This document shows positions 47,598-58,292 of a DNA stretch of 64,000 bases, piece by piece (the stretch's first letter is position 1; each line of letters begins with the position of its first letter). A program made the position numbers and the translations under genes. The notes beneath the pieces were generated by a model. It was not told the origin of the DNA. It saw only the letters and a program-made list of their open reading frames with translations, and searched no databases. The DNA comes from a virus (Duplodnaviria; Caudoviricetes): IMG/VR virus record IMGVR_UViG_638275558_000001, positions 32,001-96,000 of that record; one strand, written 5' to 3'.

Positions 47598-49155
47598 TCT
47601 CTACAAGAAAACGAATAAGATCCTCAACGGTTTTTATCTTTGTAGTATTTTCAACATACCCGAGACTTTTCAGCAGATCAATTGTTTTCTCTGAAATGAT
47701 CTGACAGTATTTGTCTCTATCTATGTATTTTTTAACGATTTCAAGACCCTCCTCATCATCCTCACGTATGCTAAGTGCGTGGATATTGCGGAGCCTGTTG
47801 ATATGCGTTTTCTTTCCCGCTTTCAGAATATCCCACACGCCGCTCCCATGTTCGGGGTTAACTTCTTCCAGAGAAAGCGGGAGATTGGTTCTGGAAGGAT
47901 CCAGCATGGTGCAGTAGAACCAGTAGATCTTGTCTCCCATTTGCGGGGGTTTGCATCCTATAATGGAAGCGAAAAGCGCTCCCTTATAATGAATGGGAAG
48001 TGTATGGTCATACATTTTTATGAATATCTCAGAGATTGGGACATTCTCCTTTTTCATCTTCATAACTTCCTCTACATACTCCACATATCTTTCGGCGCTG
48101 TCAGACGAAGATATTTTCATTTTGTGATAGAGATCTTCAATAGACCAGAAATTCTTTTGAGACACAAAGTTATTGTAGAACGCTATGGTGGCGGAAATGA
48201 CATCGATGTCGGGTTGGCTGATATACTTCAGGTAACCCCTGAAATACTTCTTGACAATTTCAGGCACCGAAGAGTTGATCACTTCGATTCCCTTCATCTC
48301 TTCTTTACCGTCTACAGTAACCGCAAAGTAGCGGTTGATTTCTTTGATAAGAATGGATTTGAACACGAACTCCTGCTTTAACTCCAGCTTGAAATCTTCT
48401 CTTGCATTAAAGTTATTTTCCATATAGTCATTGATAAAAGAGTTGAGATGTTCTTGAAGCTCACCGGCTTCCGCCACCGGATCATCCGTAAAAGCTTTGA
48501 CGAAAATGGAGTCGGTATGCGAATAAATGAAGCGATCGCGAATCTGAGAAATCACGGAGCGAATAGACATGCGCCCGGCGGCGGTTACACTTTCCGCAAT
48601 GGGAAGGCACCCCATGTACACCGAACGGTTTCCGAAGATACCGTACATGGAGTTCATCATAATTTTAAGTGCCCATTGACGGAAATGGTGTTCCATGTTG
48701 CCAGTTTCTTTGAAAAGCTTACGTTCTTCCTTACGTCGGGTGAAAATCTCCCGAATGATAGAAGGAAGCACGCCAACCGGCTCTTTCCTGTAAAACCAGC
48801 AGATACCCGACGGGTTGGGCACCATAATGATATTTCGACTTTTTAAAAATTGCCGGAGTTCCTCAAAGCTGTTGATGACAAAGAGGGGTTCACTCCGGTA
48901 AGAAGGGTTCATCCCTGAATCGAAGATGTAGAGGGGAAACCCGAATTCCGGTTCTTCCTGATCTACCGGAATCACTTTGTTCTCCACCCGCATACACCCG
49001 TAAAACTCCGTTACGAACGTAGCGGGATCGATATTGAATTTGCTGATTACAGAGGGGTACAGCGATGTAAAATCAAGATCGAATACGTTGAAGTAAATAT
49101 CGGGGTTGGTAAGTTCAATGTAAGCACCGCGATAACGATACTTGTTGATGTTCAT
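47587..49155 (-). CDS. Family B DNA polymerase, polymerase domain only
   Basis: Y.GA, DFTSLYPS, KIMMNSMYG, YSHTDS, KGIE; starts just before region II, so no exonuclease domain. Confidence 0.93.
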   Translation of the reverse strand: MNINKYRYRGAYIELTNPDIYFNVFDLDFTSLYPSVISKFNIDPATFVTEFYGCMRVENKVIPVDQEEPEFGFPLYIFDSGMNPSYRSEPLFVINSFEELRQFLKSRNIIMVPNPSGICWFYRKEPVGVLPSIIREIFTRRKEERKLFKETGNMEHHFRQWALKIMMNSMYGIFGNRSVYMGCLPIAESVTAAGRMSIRSVISQIRDRFIYSHTDSIFVKAFTDDPVAEAGELQEHLNSFINDYMENNFNAREDFKLELKQEFVFKSILIKEINRYFAVTVDGKEEMKGIEVINSSVPEIVKKYFRGYLKYISQPDIDVISATIAFYNNFVSQKNFWSIEDLYHKMKISSSDSAERYVEYVEEVMKMKKENVPISEIFIKMYDHTLPIHYKGALFASIIGCKPPQMGDKIYWFYCTMLDPSRTNLPLSLEEVNPEHGSGVWDILKAGKKTHINRLRNIHALSIREDDEEGLEIVKKYIDRDKYCQIISEKTIDLLKSLGYVENTTKIKTVEDLIRFLVESEN

Positions 49156-49172
49156 AGCAGAATACGTTTGTT

Positions 49173-49727
49173 TTACATTGCGGGATCAAAATGGGTATCT
49201 TTCACCTCGATAAGGTAGGTGTCTTTTAAATCACATTTGTATAATACGCCATCGAGTGGAGAAAGATCAATAATTCTCAAAACTTCATCCGTATAGAATT
49301 TTCGCTCGATAAGATTATGCGTTTCCAGACGTTTGCAGTACTCGAAGATAGCGTCTCCAACAACATAGCTTTCCAGGTGCCAGCAGGCAAGCCCATCATA
49401 ATGATAAAGCCCCCACCAACCATTTGCTCTTTCCCTGACCACTGCAGGGATAACCCCCAGATCTTCAAGAAATGCTTCAAGTTTATTTTCATCCATATAA
49501 AGCAAATCGCGTCGCATTATGTTTTTTCCCCGCTCCTCAAGAAACGCATCAACATACATCCACCCGGTTTCATCCCGGATAAGCTTGCGAAGTGAAGGGT
49601 ATGCCTCAACCGATGTAAACCCGGTCTTCAAATCGGTAATAATATCCCGCGAAAACCGCATAACGAAATAATAAGGGGTTTCGTAGTCGATAAGTTTTTC
49701 AATAATTTTAATGATTTCGTACTTCAT
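49173..49727 (-). CDS. Hypothetical protein
   Basis: 184-aa ORF; no Exo I/II/III motifs seen. Confidence 0.7.
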   Translation of the reverse strand: MKYEIIKIIEKLIDYETPYYFVMRFSRDIITDLKTGFTSVEAYPSLRKLIRDETGWMYVDAFLEERGKNIMRRDLLYMDENKLEAFLEDLGVIPAVVRERANGWWGLYHYDGLACWHLESYVVGDAIFEYCKRLETHNLIERKFYTDEVLRIIDLSPLDGVLYKCDLKDTYLIEVKDTHFDPAM

Positions 49728-49748
49728 GGCTAAAACGCTACTTCATGG

Positions 49749-50252
49749 CTAATACGCTACGGTTAGTTTAAGTGTCGGGTAAACCTTTCCATTAACTAAT
49801 GCCACGCCCACCCCCCCGTAAATGGATCCGAAAAATCTCTTCTGGAAAGAAAAGTCGTAATAATTGAGCCCTACGGAAGCGCTGATAAGGTTGTGCGTTT
49901 TTCTAACCTTCAGCGCAAAATCTTCCTGCATGAAACGTCCGGTTTCCGGGTTGAAAAACGTTACGCGGAGCGTGTTGCCCTTCCACGTGGCATATCTTTC
50001 CGGAAGAAGCCCGTAGAGTTTCATGTCCACCGGCTTCGGACACTCCACCGTGTCAATCTTCCCCACGGGCGTCTCCCGGTAAATGATCTGTTTGACCGGC
50101 TGGGCAAACTTCCCTTCAACCTTCAATTCTGAAGGAAAAACTCTGTCCGAAAGTTCCACTCTGACTTCCGGTCTGTAAACGGTGCGGTTGACGTAAAGAT
50201 GTATGTTAACCGCGATCAGGATCAAAAGGAGTGCTTCTTTCCAGTACTTCAT
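49749..50252 (-). CDS. Membrane-anchored protein, possible lysis accessory
   Basis: N-terminal TM helix; C-terminal amphipathic beta strands ending in Tyr. Confidence 0.6.
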   Translation of the reverse strand: MKYWKEALLLILIAVNIHLYVNRTVYRPEVRVELSDRVFPSELKVEGKFAQPVKQIIYRETPVGKIDTVECPKPVDMKLYGLLPERYATWKGNTLRVTFFNPETGRFMQEDFALKVRKTHNLISASVGLNYYDFSFQKRFFGSIYGGVGVALVNGKVYPTLKLTVAY

Positions 50253-50578
50253 AAGTCTTCCTCTTCTTGGAATTTGTCTTCTTCGTCTCTGATCATAGCG
50301 TATAGAATGATCAGATAGTTAATTGCGTCAATGATTCTACCTTCGACAGCATCCCGCTGGTTTTTAACCCCTCTGATCCAGCGTGCCACCCCTCTTAAAT
50401 GTTTATCCAGAAATACATACAGCACTTCTTCCCTTGAAATACCCAATCGCTTTGCAGTTTCTTCAAAATTCTGAAATACATTGTCGGTTTCGGCATACTC
50501 CTGTTGGGCTTGGAGTCGGACACGATTTACTTCTCCAATAAGCTCTTTTACAATGCGTTCGAATTTTGTGGTATTCAT
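50249..50578 (-). CDS. All-alpha NTP-pyrophosphohydrolase-like (DUF1599-type) protein
   Basis: EYA...NF..A...DKH...EGRIIDAINYLIIL; GGAGG SD. Confidence 0.65.
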   Translation of the reverse strand: MNTTKFERIVKELIGEVNRVRLQAQQEYAETDNVFQNFEETAKRLGISREEVLYVFLDKHLRGVARWIRGVKNQRDAVEGRIIDAINYLIILYAMIRDEEDKFQEEEDL

Positions 50579-50626
50579 GGATTTCCTCCATTAAGTTTCT
50601 GGTATTTATCTTATTTAAAGAAAAAG

Positions 50627-50896
50627 ATGAATACTCCCCGCAAAATATTTCTTAATCCACCCACCTCAAGATCCCTACAGGATATTGAATACCTTTACCT
50701 CACCAACAAACACATCATTACCGGCGCGATAAATAAAGCCGGTATGAGCATTGATGAAGCTTGTGAATGTGTTGTGGGGGGGATCGTGCTCGAATATAAA
50801 GAAACACACGGCATCAATATTTTTGATAATCTGACTATGGCGGTGGAGTATTTCATTAACAGGTACAAAGAGGATTTAAAAACCGGGCGCATTTAA
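50627..50896 (+). CDS. Small hypothetical late protein (89 aa)
   Basis: Start reassigned to ATG 50627 after TATTTAAA (50612-50619). Confidence 0.65.
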   Translation: MNTPRKIFLNPPTSRSLQDIEYLYLTNKHIITGAINKAGMSIDEACECVVGGIVLEYKETHGINIFDNLTMAVEYFINRYKEDLKTGRI

Positions 50897-51438
50897 CTCA
50901 TCATCTTTTCGTTGATAAATTGAATGAGTTCCTGTACGGAAGGATAAAACTGTTCCTCGAAAATCTGGTGGTTTGTCTTTATCAATTCTTCAAGTTTATC
51001 CACATCCGCCCCGATCTTTTCAAAAAAGGTACGGGCTTCGGAAAACAGTTCCCCTCTGGTTTCACATTCGGTATAAACCAGAAGAGGAACCATAACCCGG
51101 TAGAAAAATTCTTCCGGTGCTTCCCTATCAACATACTCTTCAATAAGTTTCTCTGTAATAGGAACCCCGCACGCCTCAAACACGTCATCCTGCACGGCGA
51201 AGTGAATGACGCCGTTATACAAAAGGTGCCGCAACCGCACCTTCCACATCAGGGAAGGGTCGGTTACGAACTCATACACCATTTGGAGAGCATTCTCGAG
51301 AGGAACCTCCTTTAACGGAAGCTCCTCAATTTCTTCTTCGATCGGGTAGAAGACGTTCTCTTCTTTGGAGAACTTACGCTCCGGGGTAATTATAATCCAG
51401 AGCGCTTCTTTGACCTGAGCAGCGTTCAAGTTGCCCAT
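50893..51438 (-). CDS. Hypothetical acidic protein
   Basis: 181 aa; AGGAGG SD. Confidence 0.75.
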   Translation of the reverse strand: MGNLNAAQVKEALWIIITPERKFSKEENVFYPIEEEIEELPLKEVPLENALQMVYEFVTDPSLMWKVRLRHLLYNGVIHFAVQDDVFEACGVPITEKLIEEYVDREAPEEFFYRVMVPLLVYTECETRGELFSEARTFFEKIGADVDKLEELIKTNHQIFEEQFYPSVQELIQFINEKMMS

Positions 51439-51462
51439 GTTGTACCTCCTTGTTTTTGTTAG

Positions 51463-53046
51463 TTACAGATTAAACAATTTGCTGGTTTTCTCGAACTCCT
51501 CGAACCACTGTTTCCGGAGTTCATCCGAACCCCTGTATTTCAGGGGCTTGCTATCTTCTTTAACTTTCGATTCCGGTTCAGGTTGCTCCTGGGTTTCGAG
51601 TTTCAGGGGAATTTCAACTTTCCCTTTGAGTTCTTTGAGCTTGTTCTCAATACCCGGCGGAACAATCCGATTTTTGAAGACCAGTTCCACCGCTTTGTTA
51701 ATCACTTCATCAGCGGCTTTACGGGTGCGCTGATAAATGGCATCCTGCTGAGCCTCTTTGAGTAAATACAAAGCGCGGCGTTTTAGATAATCCTCGCTGG
51801 CGCATCTCTGCATGGTGAACTCCAGCGAACGTCGGTTGTGGATTTCGCTGTTAGCCATAAGGCTCTCCCACCACATATACTCTTTTTCAGAATTGAGGAT
51901 ATAAGCCCCCTTGAATCTGACATAGGTATCCTCATCAAGCTTGAACCAGTATGCATCATAGAAACTGTACCCCCGCAAGGAATCGTCAATAACGTACCCC
52001 GCAAGGGGTTCGACAAAAACAAGCTCCAGATCGGCTACTGATAGTACATCGATCATATAGTCGCATCCTTTGTTCATAGCGTCTTTGAATTTTTCTCTAA
52101 TCATGGCTTTTTCCTCCTTTGGTTTATCGTTAAACCCACCAACGTCAAAAAGAGGGAGTTTGTTTTTCGGATGGAGACAGAATTCGGAGTTTTTGGGCAT
52201 ACCCCGCTTCCAGTGTTCCACCCAGCTATGACATACTTCCTCAAACATATCGGGGTATGTCTCTCTGAACTTGGGAATTACGTATCGATAGAATTCGATA
52301 TCGTATTTGAATAGCGCATTTCTTATAACCGTAGGATCTTTTTCCATTGTGCTCTGTACGCGGAGATTTCTATGAAAATCAAGACTCTGGTACAGGAAGA
52401 AAAACGTTGCGTTCACAACAAAAAGATATGCTGTAAACTCGATCCAACTAAATGCTCTATATTCGGTTGCAACAGGGTAAAATTTGTAAAGCCAGTAGCC
52501 CACGAAACCAAACGCCACAACCTTCAAAGGTTCGTGTACCTTGTTCACAACACGCGGGCTGTAAAGCTTAAAACCCGAAAGCACGTTGTACGTGCCGGTA
52601 ACGAACCACCTCCCAATCCAACACAAACCGATAGAACCCGATACAAGAATGGTGATCATTGTCTGGCTCATGTGGGCGACGGCTTCGTGGTGCCCGAGCA
52701 TAAACGGGAAACCAATAAACCGCCCGAATATTAGCAAGACCGGGAATGACAGAAGGTCCCCGGTTATAATGCAGACGGCGGCAATGAATGCAATCCACGC
52801 AATACCGGCGGCAAACGTAAACGACAGATAAAGGGCGTCGTTAAACGCTTCCGCCTCCTTGCGCCACAGCTTCAAATTATCTCCATAATAAAACCCCAGA
52901 ACCGGAACCGCTACAAGATAGCGATCCAGCCCCTCCACCACTTCCTTCTTGCTCAACTCAAGTTCGCCCTTACCCCACTTGAGGAGCTTATCTCGATAAA
53001 GCTTGAAAGCTGTAAGGGCGTACTTTCTTGTTACTCCGGCGTACAT
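51463..53046 (-). CDS. Early multi-pass membrane protein
   Basis: Several hydrophobic helices plus soluble C-terminus; likely start ATG 53046 behind a sigma70 promoter. Confidence 0.75.
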   Translation of the reverse strand: MYAGVTRKYALTAFKLYRDKLLKWGKGELELSKKEVVEGLDRYLVAVPVLGFYYGDNLKLWRKEAEAFNDALYLSFTFAAGIAWIAFIAAVCIITGDLLSFPVLLIFGRFIGFPFMLGHHEAVAHMSQTMITILVSGSIGLCWIGRWFVTGTYNVLSGFKLYSPRVVNKVHEPLKVVAFGFVGYWLYKFYPVATEYRAFSWIEFTAYLFVVNATFFFLYQSLDFHRNLRVQSTMEKDPTVIRNALFKYDIEFYRYVIPKFRETYPDMFEEVCHSWVEHWKRGMPKNSEFCLHPKNKLPLFDVGGFNDKPKEEKAMIREKFKDAMNKGCDYMIDVLSVADLELVFVEPLAGYVIDDSLRGYSFYDAYWFKLDEDTYVRFKGAYILNSEKEYMWWESLMANSEIHNRRSLEFTMQRCASEDYLKRRALYLLKEAQQDAIYQRTRKAADEVINKAVELVFKNRIVPPGIENKLKELKGKVEIPLKLETQEQPEPESKVKEDSKPLKYRGSDELRKQWFEEFEKTSKLFNL

Positions 53047-53079
53047 GGCTTTCCGGGTTTGAGTTATCAATCTGCTTAT

Positions 53080-53108
53080 AACATACGCCGGAAATCCAGA
53101 AAAGTCAA
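53080..53108 (-). promoter_or_regulatory. Sigma70-type early promoter
   Basis: TTGACT-17 nt-TATGTT followed by AGCAGATTGA, as at 61707. Confidence 0.75.
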
Positions 53109-53113
53109 GGGGA

Positions 53114-53686
53114 TTACGTTAATTTTTTACGAAGAAGAAGACGTGCTACGTCGTCAAAGTAAATGGCGGTTTTAGTGGCGTTGAGACGCTTGACTTTGAG
53201 CGGTTTATAAAGTCTGTTCTTGATAAAAAACGAAGCTCTGATAATTTTCCAGACGTTTACGTAAAAACTACTATTCTTTTCGTAAAAAATGCAGAGGGCG
53301 ATAAAATCGTCAGATTGGGGGTTATAGACAAGCCGGTCATTTTTCTGAAACACCCAAGACCTCTCTATTCTGGTGTATCTATATCTGGGTACATCCTCAC
53401 AGGTTTTAACATGTATATATCTACCCTCGCATATCAGATCAGCCGCATAGGATTTGTCTGAAGTGATAGTCAGATCGGGTGGGGTGCATTCATAACCAAG
53501 GTTGGTGAGATATTCATAAACGGCGAATTCTCCTATTTTACCAACAAAATAATTCCATTTTATTCTTTCGGGGTTGTGCTGGTGGCGCTTTTTGTATTGC
53601 TCAAGCACAATCCCGTCGTTTATCTGATTCTTAGCATATTCCATGCAGATGGGCACATACTGATCTACTTTTATCATCTTACCCAC
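53114..53686 (-). CDS. Putative PD-(D/E)xK nuclease-fold protein
   Basis: GKIGEFAV...PD...ADL....IHVKT. Confidence 0.55.
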   Translation of the reverse strand: MGKMIKVDQYVPICMEYAKNQINDGIVLEQYKKRHQHNPERIKWNYFVGKIGEFAVYEYLTNLGYECTPPDLTITSDKSYAADLICEGRYIHVKTCEDVPRYRYTRIERSWVFQKNDRLVYNPQSDDFIALCIFYEKNSSFYVNVWKIIRASFFIKNRLYKPLKVKRLNATKTAIYFDDVARLLLRKKLT

Positions 53687-53688
53687 CC

Positions 53689-56600
53689 TTACCCAAGAGC
53701 GATACTTGTGGACGGATTGATAAGGTACATCACCGCCGTTTCACGGTAAAACGTTGATTTTGTGTAATGGATCCCAAGCGAAGAGACAAAGGGAGTTCCC
53801 GGATAAGCCATTTGTGTGTTGTATCTATTGACACCGCTTTTCGGAAATGTATCTGCTACAATGGAAAAGACCGCACCCTCGCGCTCTGTTGCTATACGGT
53901 CGACTGTAACGGTATCCGGAATTGGAATTTCACCATCGAAAGATTTGAACATACTGAAAGAAAATTGCTCAAAATGAGGGATTGACTGAGTCATCTGAAA
54001 TGCGTAGAAAGGTTTACCTTCAATTACCACTCCCGCGAAGAAATTCTCTCCGGCAAAAAGCTGACGAAGCAACAAGATAGCGTCGCGGGTTTTGTTTACC
54101 ACCTCAAGCATATCCTGATTGCGGGTTTCAATAACGTGTACATTATCCCCCTCCGCCAGATTTCTAACGCGGTTGGAAAGATTTCGCTGCAAAAACACCA
54201 CGGCGGAATAAGGAGTATCTTCGAGTTTTTGAACAGGGTTTTCGGTAATGATATGATCCGGTTGATAAATCGAGCCTTCGAAAGCGTTATCCGTAATGAC
54301 TCCGATATGTCTCAGATTGGATTCCATGTAGGAAAGCGTTGAAACATAATAACTGTAACTGATCGTCGATGTGGTAACCTCTGGAAACATGCTGTAGGTG
54401 TGGTTGTCAATGAGCCACATTGAGATAGTACTGTCAGATGTACCTTTCAGGTAGAAATAAACCGAAGTGGAAATAACAGTAGGCATTACCATCATCATGT
54501 AGCTCATGCTGTAAAGCTGATCTATTCCGGGGAAAAGCAGCGTAATCACTTTCCCCTGAAGCACCACATTGAACGGAAGCAGCGAAAGACCATTTTCCAA
54601 ATCTCTCATGTAGCAGACGCCGTGGAAATTCAGACTATCTACAACAAAACCGGAATTATCAATAACATTTACAGAAACTGAAGTTATAAGCTCGCCGCGA
54701 GATGTATAGACCGGATAGTTAAAAGCCCCGGTTACATAATAGGGGTTGGCGTTGCTGACGGTAATGGAGAAGGTAATAGAATCGAGAAAGCTATTGGCGG
54801 TAACTTCATAATATTCTCTAATATCCTTATGTTCATTATAGGGAATGAACCCGTAAAACGTAAAATAATTATTCAACACAATATCTTCCGGAGGAATGTT
54901 TTGACTTACCGGTATAATGTGTTCCGTGATGTAATACTGATCCCCCAGAAACGCGTCATGAATGATCACATCAAACTGATAATCTTTATTTCGTAAATCC
55001 AGCGATTCAGCCAGCGTGTTTAACCATTTAACTTTCATTTTGCGATTGAAGGCGTGATAGGTAATACGATTGATCTGATCGTGCAGCGCGTCGAACGCAT
55101 CGAGAAGTTTTCCGGTAAGCTGCTCAAGCGTTTGAGACGGGTTCTGAGTTGTCGGTTCATTCAAAATATTTGTTTCCACAAACTGAAGATCATTGCGGAA
55201 GTAGAAAACATCCATGATATTCCCGATCATATCCATATAGGTGAGATATGAAGGATCGAACACTTCTTCAGGAAGTCTTGAAGAAAGGCGATACGGGTTG
55301 GATACGTCGTATTCAGTCGCAGCATAAAGGTGCATATCAAGAAGCACCTGATACGGATTGACGCCCGGATAAATTGAAGAAAACGAAGGAAATACTTCTT
55401 CCCAGAAATGTATGGGGAGCAGATAAAAGGTACCCGGAAGCGATGTCGAGTTGTAGTAGTAATCCAGATATCCCAGCGCGTAACTCTGACGAATGGAGTC
55501 GTCTCTAAAGTAATGGTTGATGTGCGTTACGTCTTCCGAAGCAAACCATTTAATGAATGGAAGGAAGCTATCGTAGAGTTTATTTTTTATTTCCTTATAT
55601 TTTTCAGCCTTCTCCGGATAAAAACCTGAAAGCGTGGTGATAATCTCATCATATTTCCTGAGCAGCGTGATTCCTTTGAACGCCGCCTGAATGAGCGCTT
55701 CTGCTGACCCGAATTTGACAAATCCGGAGAGCAGATGGAAATTGGATTTCTGCTCCATACTTCCGAAGCTAAAAGACGGGATATAGGTGTTGATTCGATT
55801 GTATTCAATGTATTCCAGTAGATCGACGGGACTCCTATCTTCAAATTCGAGATGAAACACGTTGTTGGCAAACGCATCTTCCCTACCCCCAATGGCGCTG
55901 AAGGTAACCGTGTCTGTTTCCGTGAGATTTACCGGAATGGATTCCTGCAAATCCACCTGACGCACAAGATACACTTCTTTTGTCGAGTGAAGGAGTGATG
56001 AAGTTCCATATACATAAAACGTTTCCTGATAATAAACCGGGGTACCCAGTTTATGAATATTCCCGTTTACTTTAACCAGAATACTGTAGCTATTCTGGAT
56101 TCGAGCGGTTACTTCAGCGTAATAGTTGAACAGGTCTTCAAAAGTGATACTGGTGCTGATGTAGTTTTCAAAAGCTTCGTTAATCTGGTTTTCAAGTTGT
56201 TCTATGGCTTCGACGGCAAATGAAATGGTGAGGAATATCTGATTGAGACCGGTTTGCGCAGAAAGGTATTCTTTCGAAAGTGGTTCGGCTTCTTCAAGAA
56301 CTTGCTGATAAGCGGAAATTTCATTTTGATAAAAATTATTGAAAAACTCCTGTACATCGTTGAAACTGACGGTAGAGGTGAGTTCCAGCCGGGAGGTTGT
56401 AAAACTAAACGCCTGCTCTTCTACGTAGCTGTAAGTTCCTAATTTTTTGAAATAAGCGTAGACGGGATAGGAGTCTACAGAGAAGGTATAAACAAACGGA
56501 AGCGAAATGGTGGGTTTTTCAATTCCTTCAAAAACTTCAGCCGGAACAGAGTCAACCACCAGATAGACGTTTCCACTTCTTACATACTTGGAGGTTACTT

Positions 56601-56748
56601 TGCCAATAAAATCAACGGAATAAATGATTTCCCCGGCTGAAGAACCGCTGAAGTGTTCAATGTAAATGTAAGGATTTGTGTAGGAAAGAGAATATGGAGT
56701 AAACCCGGCTACAATTTGAGAACCCGAAATAATTATAAAATCTTGCAT
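53689..56748 (-). CDS. Large putative virion structural protein
   Basis: 1019 aa; TATTTAAC upstream; Y.DMIG...D segment resembles baseplate proteins. Confidence 0.7.
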   Translation of the reverse strand: MQDFIIISGSQIVAGFTPYSLSYTNPYIYIEHFSGSSAGEIIYSVDFIGKVTSKYVRSGNVYLVVDSVPAEVFEGIEKPTISLPFVYTFSVDSYPVYAYFKKLGTYSYVEEQAFSFTTSRLELTSTVSFNDVQEFFNNFYQNEISAYQQVLEEAEPLSKEYLSAQTGLNQIFLTISFAVEAIEQLENQINEAFENYISTSITFEDLFNYYAEVTARIQNSYSILVKVNGNIHKLGTPVYYQETFYVYGTSSLLHSTKEVYLVRQVDLQESIPVNLTETDTVTFSAIGGREDAFANNVFHLEFEDRSPVDLLEYIEYNRINTYIPSFSFGSMEQKSNFHLLSGFVKFGSAEALIQAAFKGITLLRKYDEIITTLSGFYPEKAEKYKEIKNKLYDSFLPFIKWFASEDVTHINHYFRDDSIRQSYALGYLDYYYNSTSLPGTFYLLPIHFWEEVFPSFSSIYPGVNPYQVLLDMHLYAATEYDVSNPYRLSSRLPEEVFDPSYLTYMDMIGNIMDVFYFRNDLQFVETNILNEPTTQNPSQTLEQLTGKLLDAFDALHDQINRITYHAFNRKMKVKWLNTLAESLDLRNKDYQFDVIIHDAFLGDQYYITEHIIPVSQNIPPEDIVLNNYFTFYGFIPYNEHKDIREYYEVTANSFLDSITFSITVSNANPYYVTGAFNYPVYTSRGELITSVSVNVIDNSGFVVDSLNFHGVCYMRDLENGLSLLPFNVVLQGKVITLLFPGIDQLYSMSYMMMVMPTVISTSVYFYLKGTSDSTISMWLIDNHTYSMFPEVTTSTISYSYYVSTLSYMESNLRHIGVITDNAFEGSIYQPDHIITENPVQKLEDTPYSAVVFLQRNLSNRVRNLAEGDNVHVIETRNQDMLEVVNKTRDAILLLRQLFAGENFFAGVVIEGKPFYAFQMTQSIPHFEQFSFSMFKSFDGEIPIPDTVTVDRIATEREGAVFSIVADTFPKSGVNRYNTQMAYPGTPFVSSLGIHYTKSTFYRETAVMYLINPSTSIALG

Positions 56749-57665
56749 TCCTCTTTTTCTGTTAAATAATAACGCAATAAGTCAAGTGCATCTTTGGGAT
56801 AGAAAGGCTGATAGTCTTTCATGGAATGTGGATATTCGCCCCAGTCTTTGTAACCGGCGGGAGGAAACAGAAAACCAACTTTACATACGCCGCTATAGAG
56901 TTCCAACACTTTAGAAATTTCTTCAACGCTTACATCCGAATCAAAACAGAACACCAGTTCTTTAACCTTTAATTTTTGCACAACGTAGGAATCCGGAATA
57001 CGATTCTTTCCACAGAGTACGCACATTCCCACACCCAACCCATCCGTTGCATGGGGAAGCATATCGAACATTCCCTCGAACAGATAAATCTTTCCTTTTC
57101 GAGCCGCTTCGTAGAAATAGACCGGGAGCTTACCCACCATATAGGAAAGATACCGAACCTTATCGAAAGGTTGATAGAATTGAACGTTTCCTATGGAATC
57201 ACCGAAGGCAACCCGCTTTTCATCTACCACCTTGAAAAATCCTTTTGACGACATATAGCTGAGAAGTTCCGGTTTTACCCGGCGCTCTTCAATGATGTGT
57301 TTGATAACCGGATATTCGATATTTTCCTCTGAAAGAGGAGCCGCCTTTTTAAAAAGCGAGCGGTAGTAAAAGTTTTTCTTGACGTTTGTCTGTTCAACAT
57401 CCGTAAAATCGATATCACCCGAATTCTTATAATATGAAATGAGTTCGACAGGTTTAAATCCGAAAATGCGCTCGAAGTCTCTATAAACGGTGCCTGAAAA
57501 CCCACAACGGAAACAGATGAAAAGAGGGGCGTCTATGGAAAAGTAAAGCGTGAGTCGGCGGTTGTTTTTATGCGGGGCGCACTTAGGGCACAAACAGGCT
57601 ACTTCTTTACCGCCCCCGGCAACTTTAGCTTCGCTGAAGTATTTGGTGAGGATTTCTACAATCAT
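56733..57665 (-). CDS. DNA primase (Zn finger plus TOPRIM)
   Basis: CPKC...CFRCG; LFEGMFD; FCFDSD; KDWGE. Confidence 0.9.
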   Translation of the reverse strand: MIVEILTKYFSEAKVAGGGKEVACLCPKCAPHKNNRRLTLYFSIDAPLFICFRCGFSGTVYRDFERIFGFKPVELISYYKNSGDIDFTDVEQTNVKKNFYYRSLFKKAAPLSEENIEYPVIKHIIEERRVKPELLSYMSSKGFFKVVDEKRVAFGDSIGNVQFYQPFDKVRYLSYMVGKLPVYFYEAARKGKIYLFEGMFDMLPHATDGLGVGMCVLCGKNRIPDSYVVQKLKVKELVFCFDSDVSVEEISKVLELYSGVCKVGFLFPPAGYKDWGEYPHSMKDYQPFYPKDALDLLRYYLTEKEECKIL

Positions 57666-57684
57666 GGTTTTTTCTACAAAAACT

Positions 57685-58290
57685 CTAAGGAATCACAATG
57701 GTTCCCGGTGTAGTAATCACAGGATGATTTAAAGTAATGTTCACATCGGTTACCGTTATATCCGGCGGAATCGTTGAAATGTCAATCGGGATATCGCAGT
57801 ATTTGCTCTGAGAAATCTCTACGGCTTCGACGGTTACGGAAAAATTGAAATCATCGTCGGTATCGAATGCAGCCATGAAAAACTGTTCATCGGTACGTAC
57901 GTTGACAATTTCATACCATCTTCTGGATTCCCCAAGCACCAGATCTCCCGGTTGTGGAAAATAGTCGAATTCTTTCAGCACATTCCTAAGAAGATGAAGT
58001 CGGAGTTTCCGCACCGATCGCATTCCAACCTCCTCTGAAGCCGGTTCCCCAACCTCATATTCCACACGACAGGGGATCCGGTACATTTTATATTCTCTAA
58101 TATCTTTCTTAGGAGACTCTCCATACAGATAGTGCAATACGTCGTTTTCGTCATCTTCCACCGCGTTTTCAATAATACGAACAAAAAGGAAGTTGGCGTT
58201 GAGAATATCCTCAAGCGCTTCAAGGGCAAAATGCTGAAGAAGATTGAGTTCCCGTCTTCCCCAGAAAAGAGGATTACGCTTTTTTATCAT
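57685..58290 (-). CDS. Neck/head-completion protein (gp14-like)
   Basis: LYGES..K; P.PGDL......YEI.NV...FF; TATTTAAA 5 nt before ATG. Confidence 0.65.
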   Translation of the reverse strand: MIKKRNPLFWGRRELNLLQHFALEALEDILNANFLFVRIIENAVEDDENDVLHYLYGESPKKDIREYKMYRIPCRVEYEVGEPASEEVGMRSVRKLRLHLLRNVLKEFDYFPQPGDLVLGESRRWYEIVNVRTDEQFFMAAFDTDDDFNFSVTVEAVEISQSKYCDIPIDISTIPPDITVTDVNITLNHPVITTPGTIVIP

Positions 58291-58292
58291 TT

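Noticed and set aside
49173-49727. Missing exonuclease half of the polymerase, or an intron-split gene
   Set aside because: No Exo I/II/III motifs and no intron or homing endonuclease features.
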